NCBI GenBank assembly: GCA_937935255.1
Contig: CALGXT010000136.1
Location: 1-55,630 of the forward strand
DNA from: an uncultured bacterium
GTDB lineage: Bacteria > Verrucomicrobiota > Kiritimatiellia > PWTM01
Direction: 5' to 3'
Length of the DNA: 55,630 nucleotides
The position numbers and the translations under genes were made by a program. Positions 46,519 through 55,500 of the stretch are shown here, in pieces; position 1 is the stretch's first letter, and every line of letters begins with the position of its first letter. Below the pieces are notes generated by a model. That model had not been told where the DNA came from and searched no databases. It saw only the letters and a list, made by a program, of their open reading frames with translations.

Positions 46519-49500
46519 TCAAAACGACGCGCTCACACTGAAGGAGGTTTTGACGGCGTCCGGGAAACGACGCCGCTCAATGTCCGGCTGCCCCGGAACC
46601 CGGAACACCTCGACCGCCGTCTCCTCGGTTAAATTGTTGACGCGAAGGGCGAGGGTGATATGGCGGCCGAGCTTCTGGGAGAGGCTGAAATTGAGGGTTC
46701 CCTGCTCCAGCAAATAAACGTCCGGACGCGCCCCGCGATCGCCGACGGCGGCGCCGCTTTTGAGGGATTCGCCGCGCAGGTTATAGAAGAGGCCGGCGGA
46801 CGTGCCGGAGCGTTCGAAATCCAGCAAGACGCCCGCGTTGAACAGAAACTTGGGCTGTCCCTCCATGTCGCGCTCGTCGCGTTCGATGCCGTGTTCGGCC
46901 AGACTCACTTTCATGGCCTCCGGCAGCTCGACGCGGGCGCTCATGCGGGTGTAGTTGACGTTGAGGGACAAATGCTCGCCCGGCCAGGGCAGAAAATCGA
47001 GTTTGCGGCGGAATTCCACTTCGACGCCGTGGACGCGGCCCTCGGGATAATTGACCGCGAGCAGATAATCGCGGGACAGATAGCCGAACGACTCTTTCTC
47101 GATGGGATTGCCGATCTCCTTGGCGAACCAACTGAACGCGTACACCTCGCCGGGCCGCCGGAACCATTCCCACCGGGCGTCGTAGTTCGTCACTTCCGCG
47201 AGGCGCAGATCCCGGTTGCCGATGAGAGCCTCGCCCTCGATGAAATCGTAGGTGATGATCGGCGCGATTTCGAGAAAGGTCGGCCGCGCGATCGTCCGGC
47301 TCCAGGATCCGCGCAGCTTCATGGCGGGCGTGAGCGCATACGTGACGCTGGCCGCCGGCAGCCAGCGCGAATCGCGAATTTCCGCCTCCGCCTGCTCGCG
47401 CGGCACCCCGGCGATCGTGTAGTACGAGATCGTCCGACCCGTTTGCGGGTTGACCGTGGTATTCACCACCGGCACCAGGTATGCGCGGATCGGCTCGAGC
47501 TCGTCCATGTCGGATCGCGGCGAGACTTTCATCCGGGTGTTTTCGGCGCGCGCGCCCATCATCAGCGTCAATTGGCGGGTGACGGGAAACTCGACCATGG
47601 CATAGCCGGCGTGAAATTCCTGTTCGCCCGTGTAGCTCACATCGTTGAGCCGGGGGCGGATGAACCAGTACATGCTGTTCTGCCAGGGGCCCGCGCCGAT
47701 GCGATCGCTTTCGAGAAAGACGTCGCTCCAGAGGGCGTACGGCGAGGCGGACACGTACGACGCCTTGGTGCGGTCTTCGGCGGCGGCGGCCATCAGCGCG
47801 TCGTACAATTGGCCGGCGGGACTGGCCCGCCAAGCCGCCAAATCGCGCTGATAGTCCGCGCGTCCGGCGGCGCCCCGACGGTAGGGCGGCACCGAGTAGA
47901 CCGGCCCGGTATAGAGCGGGTCGCGCTGTCCGGCGAAATCGTAATAGTACCCCTGTTGAGAATAGGCGCGCTGCGTCCAATCCCGCGACAAGCCGAACCG
48001 CACGCGGCCTTCCGCGGCGTCGCGGGACGCCGCCTCCCCCCAAAACGCGCCGTGCGGATCCGCAGCGCGGAGGTTGAACGGCAATTCCAGGTTCAGGCCC
48101 AATTGCGTGTTTTTCTCGGCCGTGTTCCGCCAGATGCGCGTGGAGCGGTCCTGCGGCGCGCCGGAGGACCCCGGCGGAATCGGCAGGTGCAGCCACGTCC
48201 CGTTCCCCTGATTGAACACATAGTTCCTGAAGAAGCGGACATCCGGCTCCTCCTGCTCGGTGAGGTTGCGCGCCGCATACCAGTCGAGTTTCAGGCCGAA
48301 CGGCGCATCGGCGGGGGAAATGGGCGCGTGCCGTCCGCGCAACTGCACGGTATCCAGCGAGCGCTCCGTATAGTGCATTGCTTGATCCACGCCGAGCGAT
48401 TGATCCACCGCCGGGTCGAATTCCGATCGGCGCAGCACCGCCCGGTCCGTCGTCACCCGGTTGCGGAGAGCCATGACAGAAACCTGCTGTTCTTTTCCGT
48501 CCCCGATGCCCGCGGCGAACATCTCGCTGTATTTCAATTCTTCGGCGCCCGTTTCGCGGGTGACCGACGTGGGCGCCTCCGCGGGGCTGCCGACCAGCGG
48601 CAGGAGGTAGCCCGTTTCAAAGCCGCGTTGCATTTGATACTTGCGTCCATAGTTCAACGCGGCGAGCCAGCCCCAAACGCCGCTGCCGATCTCGCCGCGG
48701 TCGCCGAATTGAACCGCCGCGCCCCAATTCGCCCCGGCGCGTTGCCGGCGAGTGCCGATCACCGGCGCAAAGGCGCGGGTGATGCGATCGCGCAGAAGAT
48801 GTTCATCGTCGTGGGGATACGCCGGACCGGCGATTTGGTCGTGCGCGGAATCCATGCCGCCGAGCAGCCCCTGGGCCTCCATATTGTCGGCTTCGGGCGG
48901 CAATTCGCGGCTCCCGCGATGCCGACCCCAGCGGTCCATCGGCGGCCGATCATAGCCCAGAAAATCCGTTCGACCGGTGGTCAGGGGATCGTATTCGCGG
49001 CTGAACGACGCCTTGAAGAACGGCGATTCCGGGATGCCGGTGGTTTCGATATTGACGCCGCCGCCGCTGTAATCGCCGGGCAGATTGGGCGTAAACGTCT
49101 TGGCCACCGAAAGACTCTGAATCGAGCCGGCGGGAAACAAATCCATGTGCACGGCGCGGCGTTTGGGATCGGCGCTCGGAACGCGGATGCCGTTGACGGC
49201 CGCGCCGACATAGCGGTCGCTCAGACCGCGCACCGTCGCATAACGGCCGTCCTCGATCGAGGCGCCCACGACCAGCTTCAGCGCGCCGGCGGCGTCGCCG
49301 GCGCCGGCGCGCCGGAGCAGATCGCCGCTGATCGCATCCTGCATCGCCACATTTCCGGCGCGGATGTTCAGCAAGCCGACTTCGGTGGCCGTGTCGCGGA
49401 TTTCGACCTCGCGAACCACCATTTCCTCCATTTCGGTCACTTCGCCTTTCAGTTCCACGGCGATTTCGGTCAGGCGTCCGGGCGCCACGGCGACGCCGGA

Positions 49501-49758
49501 AAGGACGGCGCGCTCGTAGCCGGGTTTGGCGACCGTGAGGGTGTAGCTGCCGGGCGGCAATTCGAGAAAACTAAATACGCCGTCATCATCCGTCGCGGCG
49601 CGGAGGTTTCGCTCCAAAACCCGCACCGAGGCGCCGGGCACGCCGCCGCCGAGATCGGCATCGCGAACCGTGCCCCGAAGACCGCCAGCGGCGGACTGCG
49701 CGCGCGCGCAGTCCAGCGCCATCCCGCAGAGGCACAGGGCGGCAATCCTCCGAAACAT
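46519..49758 (-). CDS. TonB-dependent receptor with N-terminal carboxypeptidase-regulatory-like domain (Oar-like)
   Basis: Signal peptide MFRRIAALCLCGMALDCARA. GTVRDADLGGGVPGASVRVL...DGVFSFLELPPGSYTLTVAKPGYE. Plug region TVRGLSDRYVGAAVNGIRVPS. C-terminal beta-barrel ending SFSVSASF. Confidence 0.9.
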   Translation of the reverse strand: MFRRIAALCLCGMALDCARAQSAAGGLRGTVRDADLGGGVPGASVRVLERNLRAATDDDGVFSFLELPPGSYTLTVAKPGYERAVLSGVAVAPGRLTEIAVELKGEVTEMEEMVVREVEIRDTATEVGLLNIRAGNVAMQDAISGDLLRRAGAGDAAGALKLVVGASIEDGRYATVRGLSDRYVGAAVNGIRVPSADPKRRAVHMDLFPAGSIQSLSVAKTFTPNLPGDYSGGGVNIETTGIPESPFFKASFSREYDPLTTGRTDFLGYDRPPMDRWGRHRGSRELPPEADNMEAQGLLGGMDSAHDQIAGPAYPHDDEHLLRDRITRAFAPVIGTRRQRAGANWGAAVQFGDRGEIGSGVWGWLAALNYGRKYQMQRGFETGYLLPLVGSPAEAPTSVTRETGAEELKYSEMFAAGIGDGKEQQVSVMALRNRVTTDRAVLRRSEFDPAVDQSLGVDQAMHYTERSLDTVQLRGRHAPISPADAPFGLKLDWYAARNLTEQEEPDVRFFRNYVFNQGNGTWLHLPIPPGSSGAPQDRSTRIWRNTAEKNTQLGLNLELPFNLRAADPHGAFWGEAASRDAAEGRVRFGLSRDWTQRAYSQQGYYYDFAGQRDPLYTGPVYSVPPYRRGAAGRADYQRDLAAWRASPAGQLYDALMAAAAEDRTKASYVSASPYALWSDVFLESDRIGAGPWQNSMYWFIRPRLNDVSYTGEQEFHAGYAMVEFPVTRQLTLMMGARAENTRMKVSPRSDMDELEPIRAYLVPVVNTTVNPQTGRTISYYTIAGVPREQAEAEIRDSRWLPAASVTYALTPAMKLRGSWSRTIARPTFLEIAPIITYDFIEGEALIGNRDLRLAEVTNYDARWEWFRRPGEVYAFSWFAKEIGNPIEKESFGYLSRDYLLAVNYPEGRVHGVEVEFRRKLDFLPWPGEHLSLNVNYTRMSARVELPEAMKVSLAEHGIERDERDMEGQPKFLFNAGVLLDFERSGTSAGLFYNLRGESLKSGAAVGDRGARPDVYLLEQGTLNFSLSQKLGRHITLALRVNNLTEETAVEVFRVPGQPDIERRRFPDAVKTSFSVSASF

Positions 49759-49782
49759 GGCGAACGAACCTCCCATGACGCA

Positions 49783-50988
49783 TCAGAGGTCGAACGTACG
49801 GGCCAGTTGATCCAGGCCGCCCTCCAAGGTCGCGTCTTCGAGGCCGGCGCGGTCGAGGGATAACGCGATCGCCACGCCCGCCAGCGCGCGAGGACGGGGA
49901 TTGACCAACGGACGGGCGGATTCGAGGGCGCGCGTGTAGCGCTCCAGCGCGGCCGCGCGATCGCCGGCGGCCATGAACGCTTCGCCGGCGCGAGCCCAAA
50001 GTTCGGGTTGCTCGATAATCAGAAGTTTGGGAATTTGTCGCTCCACGCTCTCCAGCAGAGCGCGGGCGCGCTCTTTTTCGTTCAGACGGCCATAAGCGGC
50101 CGCGCAATCCGCCATGATGGGCAGGAAAATGTGCGGCGCCGCGTCCTCCGCCGGCAGCGCGTCCGTCAGTTCATTCAAACGGCGTAGCGCGGAGTCGCCG
50201 CGCCCGAACGCGGTCTCGGCGGCGATCACGTCCAACCGAAGCGGAAAACGCTGATAATCGGGCACCTGCGCGGCCGCATCCCAGGCGCGCTGCAGCGCCG
50301 CGCCCCACCGCTCGCCGTCCCGCGCCAGCACGCGGGCCACGTGCGCGTACGCCCGTGAACGCCAAACTCGACTTTCATAGAAAAGGTCCCCTTCGGCGCC
50401 GTCCAGAAGCGCGAGCGCCTCCTCGACGCGCCCCGCGCGCGCCCACGCCGTCGCCTGCAGCGCGCGGACTTCGGGCGCATAATCGCGGACTTCGGCGAAT
50501 CGGCTGAACGTCGCCGCGACCACGTCGTGATCGCCCAGCGCCGAAAGGGCGCGCGCGATGCGCAGTAAAACCCGGTCGCGCGCCGCGCCGCGCAACTCGT
50601 CGGCGCGTTTTCGCGCTTCGGAGACCCAGGCGCGCGCGCGCTCCGTATCGCCGCGAACCGCCCACTCGGCGGCGACATCGGCCATGGCGGCGAGAACGGC
50701 CCAATGGCCGCGCTCGCGCTCCGCCAGAACCTCCGCGGCGCGATCCGGTTCCCCCCGCGCCAACCAGGCCTCGGCGACTTTGGCCAGCGAGCGCCCGCGG
50801 TCGTTTTCGTCATTGCGGACCGCTTCGGCGAACCGCCGGGCCCACGTTAACGCAGGGGCCCCGCGGGGTTCCGGCGCCGGCGTTGCCGCCGCATCCGGAG
50901 TCTGCGCGCGGCTGTCATTCGCCACGCCCGCCAGGCGGCCCGCTGCGATCGTTAGAAATACGCTAAAAAACTGTTTGCGCAGCCACAT
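49783..50988 (-). CDS. Secreted Ala/Arg-rich helical-repeat (TPR-like) protein
   Basis: Trimmed to the ATG at 50988 (MWLRKQFFSVFLTIAAGRLAG). Repeated helix-turn-helix-like units (ARAWVSEARKRADEL..., EEALALLDGAEGD...). Confidence 0.7.
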   Translation of the reverse strand: MWLRKQFFSVFLTIAAGRLAGVANDSRAQTPDAAATPAPEPRGAPALTWARRFAEAVRNDENDRGRSLAKVAEAWLARGEPDRAAEVLAERERGHWAVLAAMADVAAEWAVRGDTERARAWVSEARKRADELRGAARDRVLLRIARALSALGDHDVVAATFSRFAEVRDYAPEVRALQATAWARAGRVEEALALLDGAEGDLFYESRVWRSRAYAHVARVLARDGERWGAALQRAWDAAAQVPDYQRFPLRLDVIAAETAFGRGDSALRRLNELTDALPAEDAAPHIFLPIMADCAAAYGRLNEKERARALLESVERQIPKLLIIEQPELWARAGEAFMAAGDRAAALERYTRALESARPLVNPRPRALAGVAIALSLDRAGLEDATLEGGLDQLARTFDL

Positions 50989-51068
50989 AAAAAAACACCC
51001 CTCGCGCGAAGCCGGTTGCGGGGATCGGACCCGCAACCGGCATGTCGTTGGGAATTTATCGGGCGAAC

Positions 51069-53039
51069 TTATTCGCGAACGCGGTAGAAGCCGGAACCGG
51101 CCAGCGGCCGCGTGTCCGTGAAGGTCTGCAGCCCGGTGGCGCCCGTGACCGTGCCGATCACCGACCAGTTGGCGGGCGTCAGCGTCGGCGTCCATTCGAT
51201 CGAGTAGACGATCGACGGATCTTCCGCCATGAACTTGATGGTGTAGGTCAGGTGCTCGCTTTCGATCGCCGGATCGTCATAGTCCGCCTCGATGACGGAC
51301 ATAGGATCCCAGTCAATGAGACCCTTGCGCGCGGCGAGCGTCCAAGCGGCCCACATGCGGGTGTCTTGAAAAGCGCCCCGGAAGTTGACCGGCGTATAGA
51401 AGCCGTCCGCCGGCGGATTCCGACCGCCCGTCAAGTACGGGCTGCCGGCCGGCAGGTTCGGCTCGAGCGCCGTGACCGGGTAATAATTGACGCCGTTGAT
51501 CACGACAGGCGCGGCGGCGCGCTCCAGATAGGACACCGGCGCGGGATCGGTGTTGGGAATCAGCGTGTTGCTGAAGGCGGCGGCGAAAATATTGTAACCG
51601 GTGTCGGCGCCATACGAGGTGCTGTTGATTGTGTAAGGGCCGAAGCCGGCGTGAGGCTTGTCGCCGTCGCGGACCTCCGGCGGGCCGGCCTTGTATTCCG
51701 CGCCGAACACTTCCGCCAGCCGACTCGTGTTGGCATTGCAGCCGAACGCGTTCGGATAGTTGAACCGCCAGAAGACGCAGTTCTTGATTTCCAGCATCTT
51801 GTCGCCGGACTGGAATCCGTGATCGTAACCGATGTAGTTCGCCAGGGAGGCGCCGCCGTTGCCCGTGGGAATTTCGCCGGCGCCGGGTTTCACGTGCGCG
51901 TAATTGTAGTCCAGCATTTTCGCGGACGCGTGCGTGGCCGGATTGGAGTTGCCTTCGATGAGGGCAATCGCGCCGCCGAAGTCCATGAAGATGCTGTTAT
52001 AGTAGCGCCCGCCGCTGCCGTCGCGGAAATGCAGCGCCGTATTTTTCAAATAGGCCGAGGGAACCGGGCTACCGCCAAGTCCATGGCCGACCATCGTGAC
52101 GTTGTAGAACATCGGAATCGAGGACGGCATCCGATTGTCGCCGCTGGTGGAGCCGTCCATCTCGGCGCCCTTGTCGGAGCGGTCATTTTCGGAGGAGAGA
52201 GGGCCCTGGACGCGCAGCAGGAACTGACCGCGCCCGCGATAGCCTTCGTCCCAGTCGAAGCCGTCGTCGCCGTCGACCCAGGCGATGAGATACTTCACAT
52301 CCACGGTGCCGCCGAACCACTCGAAGGCGTCATCCTTGGTCTGGAAGACTTCGATGTGCTCGATCGTGGTGCCGCGGCCGACCGCGCCCATCGTCAACCC
52401 GTTGATCTCGTTGTCCTCGCCGATCACCGAGCCGCCGTAGCGGATCGAGACGAAGCGCATCACGCCGCTGTCATCCAGGTCATCGCCGCCGCCATACCGG
52501 CTCAGCTCGCCGTAGGGGACCAGGCCTTCAATCTGGAGCGTGACATTGGGATCGGGGGAAGTGGCGCCGCGCGCAATGTACGTGCGGCCCAGAACCAGAA
52601 CGCCGCCCCACGTCTCCGTGATGCCGTTGTTCTGCGTGCTCCACGGCGCTGTGCCGGGCGCCGGCGCCGGGCCGACGTAGTGATCGTCGTTCATGTTGGT
52701 GAACACGATCGGCTGGGCCTTGGTGCCCAATGCGCGAATCTTCGAGCCGCGGGTCACGACCAGCGCGCCGGGCTTGCCGCCCGCGCCGGCGCCTTCCGCC
52801 TTGCCGCGAATCAGCGTTCCCGGCTGGATCGTCAGCGTCGCGCCGTCCTGAACGAAAATGATTCCGTCCAGAACATAGACATTGTCGTTCGTCCAAGTCT
52901 CATCCGTGGTCACATCGCCCGCGGCCGGCGGATCGGTCGGATTGACCCGGCCCGAGCGGACGATCGTGGCGGCCTGAAGGCTCATCGCCGTTCCAGCCGC
53001 GCACGTCGCTATCAGCCATTTCTGCATCGTTCGATTCAT
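51069..53039 (-). CDS. Secreted protein, probable right-handed beta-helix-like fold, unknown function
   Basis: GAGGAG lies 7 nt upstream of the ATG at 53039. Signal peptide MNRTMQKWLIATCAAGTAMSLQA. TWTNDNVYVLDGIIFVQDGATLTIQPGTLIRG. C-terminal ...GSGFYRVRE. Confidence 0.8.
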   Translation of the reverse strand: MNRTMQKWLIATCAAGTAMSLQAATIVRSGRVNPTDPPAAGDVTTDETWTNDNVYVLDGIIFVQDGATLTIQPGTLIRGKAEGAGAGGKPGALVVTRGSKIRALGTKAQPIVFTNMNDDHYVGPAPAPGTAPWSTQNNGITETWGGVLVLGRTYIARGATSPDPNVTLQIEGLVPYGELSRYGGGDDLDDSGVMRFVSIRYGGSVIGEDNEINGLTMGAVGRGTTIEHIEVFQTKDDAFEWFGGTVDVKYLIAWVDGDDGFDWDEGYRGRGQFLLRVQGPLSSENDRSDKGAEMDGSTSGDNRMPSSIPMFYNVTMVGHGLGGSPVPSAYLKNTALHFRDGSGGRYYNSIFMDFGGAIALIEGNSNPATHASAKMLDYNYAHVKPGAGEIPTGNGGASLANYIGYDHGFQSGDKMLEIKNCVFWRFNYPNAFGCNANTSRLAEVFGAEYKAGPPEVRDGDKPHAGFGPYTINSTSYGADTGYNIFAAAFSNTLIPNTDPAPVSYLERAAAPVVINGVNYYPVTALEPNLPAGSPYLTGGRNPPADGFYTPVNFRGAFQDTRMWAAWTLAARKGLIDWDPMSVIEADYDDPAIESEHLTYTIKFMAEDPSIVYSIEWTPTLTPANWSVIGTVTGATGLQTFTDTRPLAGSGFYRVRE

Positions 53040-53410
53040 CTGGATCTCCTCGCTTGCTTGCACTCACTCATTCTCTGCCGTTGTACCGTTCGCCGAAACT
53101 ACAGGTTTCGACGATGCGCCTTGCGACCTCCGGGATGATCCCCATGATCTCCAAGAGTCGAAGCGCCCCAAAAATGCGCCGACAACATAAGGCGGCTCGG
53201 TTATGAAATCGTCAGCCAATAGCGAGGAATTTGTGCGGATGCCGTTAGAGATCGGGGGGATGAACATCCGCTGTTCCGCGTTCTTCCGTTCCTTGATTGC
53301 CTTGCGCGATCGCACACCAGGCGGACGCTCGGGACTGGGCGATCGCCGCCCCTGAGCGCAACGTCCAGAGCCGGGTTGACGGACGGGCGGGCGGAGCGGA
53401 TGATCCGGCC

Positions 53411-53947
53411 ATGGGACCGTTCTTCTCCCTGCTTGGGCAAGGCGTCGTCTACACGCTCATGGCGGCGGCATGTCTGGCCGGGATTTTGCTCTCCGCCCTC
53501 GGGTTTTCGGGCACGTGGATGGTGGTGGCGACGGCCGCGTTCGCCGCCTGGTTCGAGGGGCCGGAGTTCCCACACGTTGGGACGGTCATCGCGTTCGCCG
53601 TCGTCGCCGCCGTCGTCGAGGGCGTCGAGTGGATGGCCTCGGTGTGGGGCGTTTCCCGGCGCGGCGGATCGCGCGCCGCCGGATTCGCCGCCATGGGCGG
53701 CGGCCTGCTGGGAACTCTGCTGGGCCAAATGATCCTGCCGATCCCTTTGCTGGGCGGATTGCTCGGCATGCTGGCGGGGAGTTTCGGACTTGCCTACGCG
53801 GTGGAATGGCGGCGGCTCCGGCGCCACGGCCGCGCCGCCAGCATCGCCACCGGCGTCCTGGTCGCGCGCCTCCTGGTCATCGTCATCAAAGCGACGGTGA
53901 CGTTGGGGCTCAGTCTCACGTTGTTCGCCGGCATCGTTTTCGGGTGA
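53411..53947 (+). CDS. DUF456-family membrane protein
   Basis: 178 aa with four or five hydrophobic helices. GFSGTWMVVATAAF...VVEGVEWMASVWG...GLLGMLAGSFGLAY pattern. Trimmed to the ATG at 53411. Confidence 0.75.
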   Translation: MGPFFSLLGQGVVYTLMAAACLAGILLSALGFSGTWMVVATAAFAAWFEGPEFPHVGTVIAFAVVAAVVEGVEWMASVWGVSRRGGSRAAGFAAMGGGLLGTLLGQMILPIPLLGGLLGMLAGSFGLAYAVEWRRLRRHGRAASIATGVLVARLLVIVIKATVTLGLSLTLFAGIVFG

Positions 53948-54008
53948 AAAAGGCTTTTCCGACTCGAATACCGCGCCCTAAAATCGCGATAGAACAAAGC
54001 AGTTGATT

Positions 54009-54605
54009 ATGCAAATACACGCCCCCCTTTTGATCTCCGCCGTGGCCGCGGCGCTCGTCGTCCGCGCCGTCTCGGCCGGCGCCGGCGAGGTGCTCGCCGA
54101 GCTGAATTTCGCGGACATGGCCAGCATCACCGCCGCCAAAGTGACGACGGACCCCGCGAAGCCCAACGAACGCGCGTCGGGCGTTATTTTGCGTCCCCTG
54201 TACGACAACAGCAATTGGTGCGCGGTTTGGACGGAATACTCGGTCGAATCCCGCGAGGGTATTTCGTTTCAGCGCATCAAGGTCGTCCGGATCGATTCCG
54301 AGGCCAACGCTTCCGCCACGGGCCAGGCGGTCTGCTATCTGCCCGATATCGAAGGCGCGACCCGTTACGAGCTGACCCTCAAAGTTCGTTCCCCCGACGC
54401 AGCGGAGCTGCGGGTGGATTTGCGACAGCGCGGCAAGCCCTACACCTACTTCTGGAGCCGGCGTCTGACGCCCGCCAAGGAGTGGCAGGAATTCACGTTC
54501 GAAGTGACCGCCGAACCGACGGAAAGAACCGCGGTGGGACTTTATTTGAGAGTGCCGAAGGTCGGCACGATAGATATCGCCGCGCTGAAGCTCGAAAAGA
54601 AATAG
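54009..54605 (+). CDS. Small secreted CBM-like beta-sandwich protein
   Basis: The ORF starts at TTG 54003; the first ATG is at 54009. Signal peptide MQIHAPLLISAVAAALVVRAVSA. VDLRQRGKPYTYFWSRRLTPAKEWQEFTF resembles LILRQRGAPYRSYWSTVFAARPEWGEYE in the N-terminal module of gene 1136..3973. Confidence 0.75.
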   Translation: MQIHAPLLISAVAAALVVRAVSAGAGEVLAELNFADMASITAAKVTTDPAKPNERASGVILRPLYDNSNWCAVWTEYSVESREGISFQRIKVVRIDSEANASATGQAVCYLPDIEGATRYELTLKVRSPDAAELRVDLRQRGKPYTYFWSRRLTPAKEWQEFTFEVTAEPTERTAVGLYLRVPKVGTIDIAALKLEKK

Positions 54606-54793
54606 GCTCCCCGCGTCCGCCGCGCGCCCTCGCCGCCGCGTGTCGCGGTCGGCCGGGCGATCTCCCGGCGCGGGGAGGAGACCCCGCTCCTTCAGGAAGG
54701 CGGCGATCTCTTCCAGGGTTTGACGGCGCGCGGGCGCCTGATGACAAAAGCCGTGGCGCGAAGCGCCCTATCGCTATTCAAAGATTCAGGGCT

Positions 54794-55069
54794 ATGTTTA
54801 TGCGGGTTTTCACCTGTGCCTGGAGCACGGGGAAGCGTCAGGATCTCGACGACTGGATTGAGCGCAAATTGCGGCCCATGTCTCTCGAACAAAAAGTCGG
54901 GCGCCGGCTCGTGCCCTGGGTGCGCCTCAGAGACGCGGAACCATGGGCCGCGCAGGTCGAGCGACTTCAACGGGGATCGGTTTTCCTCCGTACCGGCGGG
55001 CCGGCGGCCTCCCGCAAATTTCTGGAGACCGCGCAGGCCAGGGCGTCCACCGCCGATCGCAGCGGATAG
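54794..55069 (+). pseudogene. Possible GH3-like N-terminal gene fragment
   Basis: DLDDWIERKLRPMSLEQKVGRRLVPWV...GSVFLRTG resembles the (S/T)LEEK(V/I)GQ start of family 3 glycosidases, but the frame stops after about 90 codons. Weak. Confidence 0.25.
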
Positions 55070-55172
55070 GAAGCGCGGCCGCTCGAACGTTCGCCTTTTC
55101 GTGGAATGCGCGCTCGACGTCCAACCTCCAACGTCCCGCAATCTTCTCTGCGGCCTTCGTGTTTCGCAGTGA

Positions 55173-55300
55173 AGATCCGGCGCGACGGCCGCTGGCGCCG
55201 GGTCCGGCGCCCTCGTCGCGCGCATCCCGAAGATCGTCATCAGAGGGGCCGTGACGTTGGGGCTTGGCCTCCCGCTTTTCGCCGGAACGGTCTTCGCATG
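55173..55300 (+). pseudogene. Relic of the 3' end of a DUF456 paralog
   Basis: 55206-55300 aligns base by base (about three quarters identical by eye) with 53851-53947. Translation GALVARIPKIVIRGAVTLGLGLPLFAGTVFA* versus GVLVARLLVIVIKATVTLGLSLTLFAGIVFG*. The frame is closed upstream by TGA at 55170. Confidence 0.6.
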
Positions 55301-55318
55301 ACGAACGAACGCCGCATT

Positions 55319-55365
55319 TTCCAAGGCTTGGAAAAGCGCGGCCCCACGTCTTCCAAGGCTTGGAA
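55319..55365 (+). promoter_or_regulatory. Pair of 15-bp dyads TTCCAAGGCTTGGAA (55319-55333, 55351-55365), candidate operator upstream of 55501
   Basis: Same motif, orientation relative to the downstream gene, and 32-bp phasing as 4046-4092. Confidence 0.45.
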
Positions 55366-55500
55366 AACGAGCGCCGCCCGAACCCCGCCGCCCGCGATCG
55401 CCGTCCAATCACCGGGCGCTTTGGGAAGGAACAGTAAAGATTCCACTGCCGGGAAGCGTTCCATCGGCGTATGATGCGTTCGACCGCGAAGGAGTTCGCC

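Noticed and set aside
53040-53410. Long, relatively AT-richer divergent intergenic region upstream of the TonB-receptor cluster; looked for a cobalamin or other riboswitch and for a Fur box.
   Set aside because: No B12-box-like or other riboswitch core motif that I can recognise, and no AT-rich Fur-type 19-mer. Only a short GATCAT direct repeat and ordinary hairpins. ORF 53064..53315 has no protein-like features. It is left as an unexplained leader.
54215-55069. 284-aa ORF as a real gene.
   Set aside because: Its first ~130 codons overlap the well-supported CDS 54009..54605 in another frame and are Arg/Gly/Pro-rich. Only the last ~90 codons look protein-like, and these are treated as a possible fragment instead.
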